A stretch of DNA of 64,000 nt, taken from Anthoceros angustus. Its lineage: Eukaryota; Plantae; Anthocerotophyta. The stretch's first letter is position 1; each line of letters opens with the position of its first letter. The stretch is from positions 2,232,001 to 2,296,000 of the forward strand of contig VJWM01000025.1 in NCBI GenBank assembly GCA_010909165.1, given 5' to 3'. Below, piece by piece: positions 59,501 to 64,000 of this stretch. Made by a program: the position numbers and the translations under genes. The notes under the pieces were generated by a model that worked only from the letters and a program-made list of their open reading frames with translations, searched no databases and had not been told where the DNA came from.

Positions 59501-61169
59501 GGGGAAGCAACTGCATACTCAAATAAGAGAACGAGGATACGAAGCTGATGCCTTTGTAGGCAGCAGTTTGGTGAACATGTACACAAAGTGTGGCAGCTTG
59601 GAAGATGCTCAGAGAATTTTTTATGGACTTGGCCAAAAAGATGCGGTCACATGGACTGCCATGATTGCCGGATACTCCCAGCAGGGCATGGGGCACAAAG
59701 CCCTTGGTCTTTACTCTGCTATGCAAGGAGAAGGCATCGCTGTTCATGATTCTGTGACATTCGTGTGCCTCCTGCAGGCATGTGCATGTGTGGGCAATCC
59801 GGCATTGGAGAAGGGGAAGCATCTGCATAGACAGATCAAAGAACGGGGACTAGAAGCTGATGGGTTTGTAGCGAGCAGTTTGGTGAACATGTATGCAAAG
59901 TGTGGCAGCTTGGAAAACGCTCGGACACTGTTTGATGGACTTGGGCAAAACAAACATGTGGGAACGTGGAATGCTATGATAGCAGGGTATTCCCAGAAGG
60001 GTATGGGGCAGGAAGCCCTTCATCTATACCATGCAATGCAAGAAGACGGCATGGCTATAACTGATTCCGTGACATTTTTGTGCCTCCTGCAGGCATGCGC
60101 AAATGTGGGAGCTTTGCATCTGGGAAAGCAGCTACATGCTCAGATTGTAGAACAAGGGCTTGAAGCCGACCTGTCGATAGCTGTCAGTTTGATAAACATG
60201 TATGGAAAATCCGGGAGCATGGTTGATGCACAGCAGGTGTTTGATGCGATGCCCGAAAGAAACGTTGTCGCCTGGAGTGCACTCATTGCAGGCTACACCT
60301 CTCAAGGAAAGAGTGAAGTGGTCTTTGACTTGGTCCAGAGGATGACAGAGGATGGCATACGGCCAAACGACATCACATTTGTCAGTGTACTAACAGTATG
60401 CAGTCATACTGGTCTAGTGAGGGAAGGGTGGCAGTACTTCGAGGCTATGAGCAGACACTACGGTCTCATTCCCACGGAGGACCACTACACGTGCATGGTG
60501 GATCTCCTGGGCCGCGCAGGACGACTGGATGATGCAATTGGTTTGGTAAGGTCAATGCCTGTATTGCCTAATGCTGCAATTTGGCACACCCTGTTGGGTG
60601 CTTGTCAAAAGTGGAGCAACGTGGAAGTGGGACTCCATGCTTTCAATGAAGCCTTGAAGCTTGACAAGAAAGATGCCGCAGCTCATGTGTTGATGTCAAA
60701 CACATATGCCGGCGCTCAGATGACAAAACAGGCACAGGAGCTGCAGGCAAAACGAAAAAGAATCAGGTCTTGGAAGCAGCCAGGAGAGAGCTTGTGGACA
60801 GACGGAGACGCATTGGTGCATAGTTTTCTGGTCGGGGATGAGAAGCACCCCCAGAGTCGAGCAAGACTGAATCACGTATTTTCTAAAATGAAGATGGAAA
60901 CATGTGTCCCACGTCTAGCTGTAGACATAACGGAGAATGGTACGGAAAACGGTAGACACATGAATGTCGCTCCTGCTAGCAGGGATCCCAACATTGCCCT
61001 TGGAAAACAGCACCCCACATTTTCATGCTCTCCAAATACCGTCCTTCACGAGAATCACTTCTATCACGAGTCCCGTGCAATACCCTGCGATACAAAAGAC
61101 TGCAACAGAAAATTTTGTTCACGTCTCATGTTGCCGCGACTCCACGGGAAAAGTGGAGACTTAATGTAA
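56565..61169 (+). CDS. PLS-class PPR protein (~35 motifs) with E1/E2 and a truncated DYW (E+), organellar RNA-editing specificity factor
   Basis: Eleven L-S-P triplets (mostly 104 aa), then L2-S2-E1-E2 and WKQPGESLWTD..VHSFLVGDEKHP; no HxE or CxxC-DYW motif follows. The real start may be a later Met (MVGRFMG). Confidence 0.97.
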   Translation: MSVRPHLFTSGFKLLDDVCKVPRLGGSWLPKGLDVGMVGRFMGILGRASARLNSRSQVLGHGRFVLWHGVLWVSSSGWVDGELAGLDRVGRAGGDGWGVTAETVSKLCREGRVAEAVEGLEVLVDRGGWVSKSLLYAVLKECVMEKNLVLGSRVHAVTVKKGYQSDTFLGNHILRMYASHGRLEDAMDVFRGVDVPDVFMWSSMIAAHVRHGQDTHAVELYHGMRRSGAKADGHVFVAALQACARGGDVVSGKQVHADVLARGVEPELFVCNCLVDMYAKCGRLEDARTVFDGLGRKDVVTWNAMIAGYAQQGMGQEALRLYGAMQDEGIAAPNAVTFVCLLQACARVGHPSLEKGKHLHGQIRERGLQAHVFVANSLVNMYAKCGSLGDAQKVFDGLHQKDVVTWNAMIAGYSQQGRGQEALHLHSAMLEEGTAEPNCVTFSCLLQACASLGPPALEKGRHLDAQIKERGHQTDVFVANSLVNMYAKCGSLEEAQRVFDGLSQKGVATWNALIAGYSQQGMGQEALLLYSAMQEESITVPDSVTFVCLLQACASVGSPALEKGKHLHAQIRERGHEADVFVANSLVDMYAKCGSLEDAQKVFDGLGQKDAVTWNALIVGYSQQGKGHEALHLYDVMQQAGTAVPDCVTFVCLLQACAIVGTPALEKGQQLLGHIRERGYEADVFVASSLVNMYAKCGSLEDAQREFDGHREKDVVTWTAMIAGYSQQGMGQQALLVYSAMQQEGITVPDSVTFVCLLQACASVGSPALEKGKHLHAQIRERGHEADVFVANSLVDMYAKCGSLEDAQKVFDGLGQKDAVTWNALIVGYSQQGKGHEALHLYDVMQQAGTAVPDCVTFVCLLQACAIVGTPALEKGQQLLGHIRERGYEADVFVASSLVNMYAKCGSLEDAQREFDGHREKDVVTWTAMIAGYSQQGMGQQALLVYSAMQQEGITVPDSVTFVSLLQACASVGTPALEKGKQLHTQIRERGYEADAFVGSSLVNMYTKCGSLEDAQRIFYGLGQKDAVTWTAMIAGYSQQGMGHKALGLYSAMQGEGIAVHDSVTFVCLLQACACVGNPALEKGKHLHRQIKERGLEADGFVASSLVNMYAKCGSLENARTLFDGLGQNKHVGTWNAMIAGYSQKGMGQEALHLYHAMQEDGMAITDSVTFLCLLQACANVGALHLGKQLHAQIVEQGLEADLSIAVSLINMYGKSGSMVDAQQVFDAMPERNVVAWSALIAGYTSQGKSEVVFDLVQRMTEDGIRPNDITFVSVLTVCSHTGLVREGWQYFEAMSRHYGLIPTEDHYTCMVDLLGRAGRLDDAIGLVRSMPVLPNAAIWHTLLGACQKWSNVEVGLHAFNEALKLDKKDAAAHVLMSNTYAGAQMTKQAQELQAKRKRIRSWKQPGESLWTDGDALVHSFLVGDEKHPQSRARLNHVFSKMKMETCVPRLAVDITENGTENGRHMNVAPASRDPNIALGKQHPTFSCSPNTVLHENHFYHESRAIPCDTKDCNRKFCSRLMLPRLHGKSGDLM
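58188..59435 (+). repeat. Exact in-frame 624-bp tandem duplication inside the PPR gene (six motifs)
   Basis: ATCAC anchor at 58176, 58800 and 59424; the 208-aa block is repeated verbatim. Confidence 0.97.
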
Positions 61170-61244
61170 AAAAAAGAGATTGAAAAATCCCACAAAAGAG
61201 AACAACCATATAGGAGGGCACCATGGCCAAGGGGGTTAAGCACT

Positions 61245-61700
61245 TGCGATCGCCCATCTTGAAACTACCAACGGCTACGAGGCCCATCTTGAAACTACCA
61301 ACGGCTCCGAGGATTAGCCCCGCGATCGCCCATCTTGAAACTACCTACTGCTCCAAAAATGTCATGGTCCGGGATCCAAAAATGTCATGGTCCGGGATAA
61401 GAAACGGCCTACCTTCAATGGTGTGCTTCACGAGCGTGCTGGACTCCCGCAAGAGAGATTTTAGGCGTGACATCTTAAGTGAAATGTATGAGGAAACGCC
61501 CGCCCGGAGGGGCGTTCCGGCATAGAGCCGTTGAGGCCGTTAGGCGAGAGAGAGTTCTTAGGCACGACATCTTAAGTGAATTGTATTAGAGAACAACCAT
61601 TCGGAGGGGAGTTCCGGCGTAGAGCCGCTGAGGTCGTTAGGCCGAGGCAGCTTCAAGCCGCCCGGGCGCCCCAACGGGCGGGCGTTCCCGCACGTAAGAG
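61245..61700. repeat. Cluster of short direct repeats, possibly a TE terminal region
   Basis: CCCATCTTGAAACTACC x3, AAAATGTCATGGTCCGGGA x2, and two diverged ~110-bp copies starting GACATCTTAAGTGAA. Confidence 0.6.
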
Positions 61701-62367
61701 CGCACGTCGAGTCAATAGGCCCGGCACGCGAGGCAAACAATCTGCAGATCGAGTGCTAGCGAGGTCCGTTGACCAAAGCATTGGACTAAAACCAGTGCTT
61801 TTAGTTTGGTTGCCATCTCAAGCTTTGAGTATTCAACTTAAGGGTTTGTGACGTAGGGCATGCGGAGTTGCCACTAGAGAGAGAGGGCTGCAGCATTGCA
61901 ATGCTCTTATTATTCTGGTTCCTTCGACCATTGTCTTCCTTTACGCTCGCACTTGTACAATCCCCTTTCGTGCTCGCGCTCCTTTTTCGGGCTTGAGCTA
62001 TCTGGTTTTGCACTCCATGTCTAGTTGTTGTCGAGTTGTTGTGTCTCGTTGCTATGTTTTGCGCTCGAGCTATCTAGTTCCCAACTCTTTCTTGCAATTG
62101 AATCTATCGATTCTGGACTTGTTGTTCAACCAGTTGTCTGGAGCGATTTTGGAGAACCTGGGGTTCAAAATTTATGAATCCTCTGGAGAAACGTTGTACA
62201 TGTACATTTTGGTCGCCGCATCCTAAACCTCAACAACTATTAGCGGTCAGAAGCTCTAAATCCTCCATCACTATAGCCATCTGAAGGTTAATCGTGACTG
62301 TTCGGGTGTGTTTTTCTTTGCTTAGTACTTGCTTGTTCTTTTTCTCTTTACCTACACTAGTTTTTGC

Positions 62368-62580
62368 GCAGGCTAGCTCTGATTCGAGCAGGCTAGCTCT
62401 GATTCGAGCTAGCTAGCCCGGATCCGCTTGAACAAGCGGACAGTGAATCATCCGGATTACAGCAAGCTTGAACAAGCGGATCCGAGCTAGCCTCTTTTGC
62501 TTCACTGTCCATTTGTTCTTTTGCTCTGAGTCGAGTGGATCCAAGTGAGCTTGAACAAGCGGATTCGAGTTACCTTTTAC
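62368..62580. repeat. Short repeat cluster
   Basis: GCAGGCTAGCTCTGATTCGA x2 and GCTTGAACAAGCGGA x3. Confidence 0.65.
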
Positions 62581-64000
62581 TTTGCTTCATGGCCGCTTGA
62601 GCTATCTTGCTCTGTATTTGTTCTTTTCATGTGTTTACTTTGGTTTATTTCATGCTCTATACTTCCCATTAATGCTTGCTTTGTTTCTGGTTGTTGAGGT
62701 GCCAAGTCAAGCCTCCTTTTCATAGACAATGTTCATCATTAGGTAGGATGCTAATTTCAGTTTGGTTGTCAATGTGCTTGTTTGGCTGTCTGAAGCTGTA
62801 TGTGTTGTGATATTTACTCTTTAAGGTTCATTCAGGTCTTGTTAGTCAATGTTCATTGTTCGGCTCGCTTGTACATGCTTTTTGTCTTCGTTGTACGTAA
62901 TTGTATCCTTGTTGATATTCACATTTACCTGTACTGATAGGGTTCACTTGCTGCAAAGCAAGCCTCAGTTTTGTATATGGCTTTCTTCAAGATTCGTTTG
63001 GTGTCCCACGTGCTTTCTAATCCACGCATGATTTTGATGGTATTATGGTTTTTTTTTCTGAATTTCATGTCTTCCAATCTTTGGCTGATTTCTTCTATGC
63101 TATGTGTAGTTTCTGGTAACACTCTAATATTACGTTGTTTGTGTCGTCTTGTGCACTACTGTTACTTTCTTCTAAGAAGCAAGTAAGCATCTTCTTAATG
63201 TTAATTAGCTAGTGTTAGTTCTTTGACTGTCTGAGATCAAGTCCAGTCCGGTTGTTGAGTTTTACTTTAGCCTACTTTTTGTGTTCTTTACTTTTCATTA
63301 ATTTAAATGTTTTTTTCTTGGTCATAAAACACTTAAGCTTTAATGGATTCAACACAATATTCAAATACATAAAATAAACCAACAAAATTTACTGTGAACC
63401 TAAGAAGTAAACATAAAAATAAACGCCTTCAGACAAAACACATTGTAGAGCCAAACAAAATGCAAACACCAAAACGGAAATCAGCACCCTACCTGACAAT
63501 GAGCACTGTCTTCAAAGGGAACGTAGGACTTCGCATCTGGTGTGCAAGTCCCTAAAAGCACCTTTACCAGCAAAACCATCGGGTAAGCACCTGTGACATG
63601 GCAGCTTGTTGTTTCAGACAACTAATTACTCGGACTGATCAATCTAATATGTTGCAGCTCCATTCCCTTGCGCCGAATTTGGTTGGCTGCTCCCATTCAC
63701 TTTGAGTTTGACATAGCATATCGCATTCAGTTCAATTCCATTATTCCATATTCAGTTTATAATTTTTTTCATTAGTGGGCTATAGGGGCATAATTTATTC
63801 TTCTCTATTCTTTTTTGTGTTTTAGGTTTCATGGTTTTGTCTATTTTCTGAAAAGGGTTTAAGTTGGTCATAGATATTGTCAGTTAAAATGTCAAGTCTA
63901 TGCAATTTTTGCTGTGATTCGAAAGCATAAAGAGTGTTAAACAAGCTTCTTCTCCGTTGAAACATTTTCAAGGTAACATTATTGTATTGATATGTTTTTC

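Noticed and set aside
71-61169. A functional RNA-metabolism cluster (TadA, RPS2, RRM, RanBP2 finger, PPR)
   Set aside because: The genes are interspersed with unrelated genes and TEs on both strands, and RNA-binding genes are common; no evidence of co-regulation.
60890-61169. Frameshifted DYW domain in an alternative frame
   Set aside because: Neither alternative forward frame shows HxExLA, CxxC or a DYW/DRH/GRP-like ending.

Overview
Eukaryotic nuclear DNA from a compact, intron-rich land-plant genome. The very long PLS-class PPR gene with a WW-like PG box suggests a seed-free plant such as a hornwort or fern (inference). Recognisable genes in order: TadA-type tRNA adenosine deaminase (runs off the left edge), UBA-domain protein, RPS2, WDR48/LRS1, a 68-aa conserved membrane microprotein, an At3g52170-like HTH plus RRM protein, a small membrane protein, an unidentified spliced gene, a two-finger RanBP2 zinc-finger gene, ODR4, an unknown ORF, a TMEM45/DUF716 gene and a 1534-aa PLS-E+ PPR protein. 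Between them lie decayed mobile DNA (3' end of an RNase H-bearing LINE, a CRE-like RLE retrotransposon, an internally deleted Copia, a GC-rich coiled-coil element) and an RI-type LRR pseudogene. Five loci show microhomology-bounded, indel-rich tandem re-copies, and one gene carries three apparent homopolymer deletions, so part of the repetitive structure may be long-read assembly artefact. The most interesting lead is the PPR: its hand-read recognition code matches the plastid psbC segment encoding SSAVLGFGGIY, an exact 624-bp internal duplication extends that match, and the canonical register predicts a site that only makes sense as U-to-C editing. All alignments were done by eye; no database searches were run.
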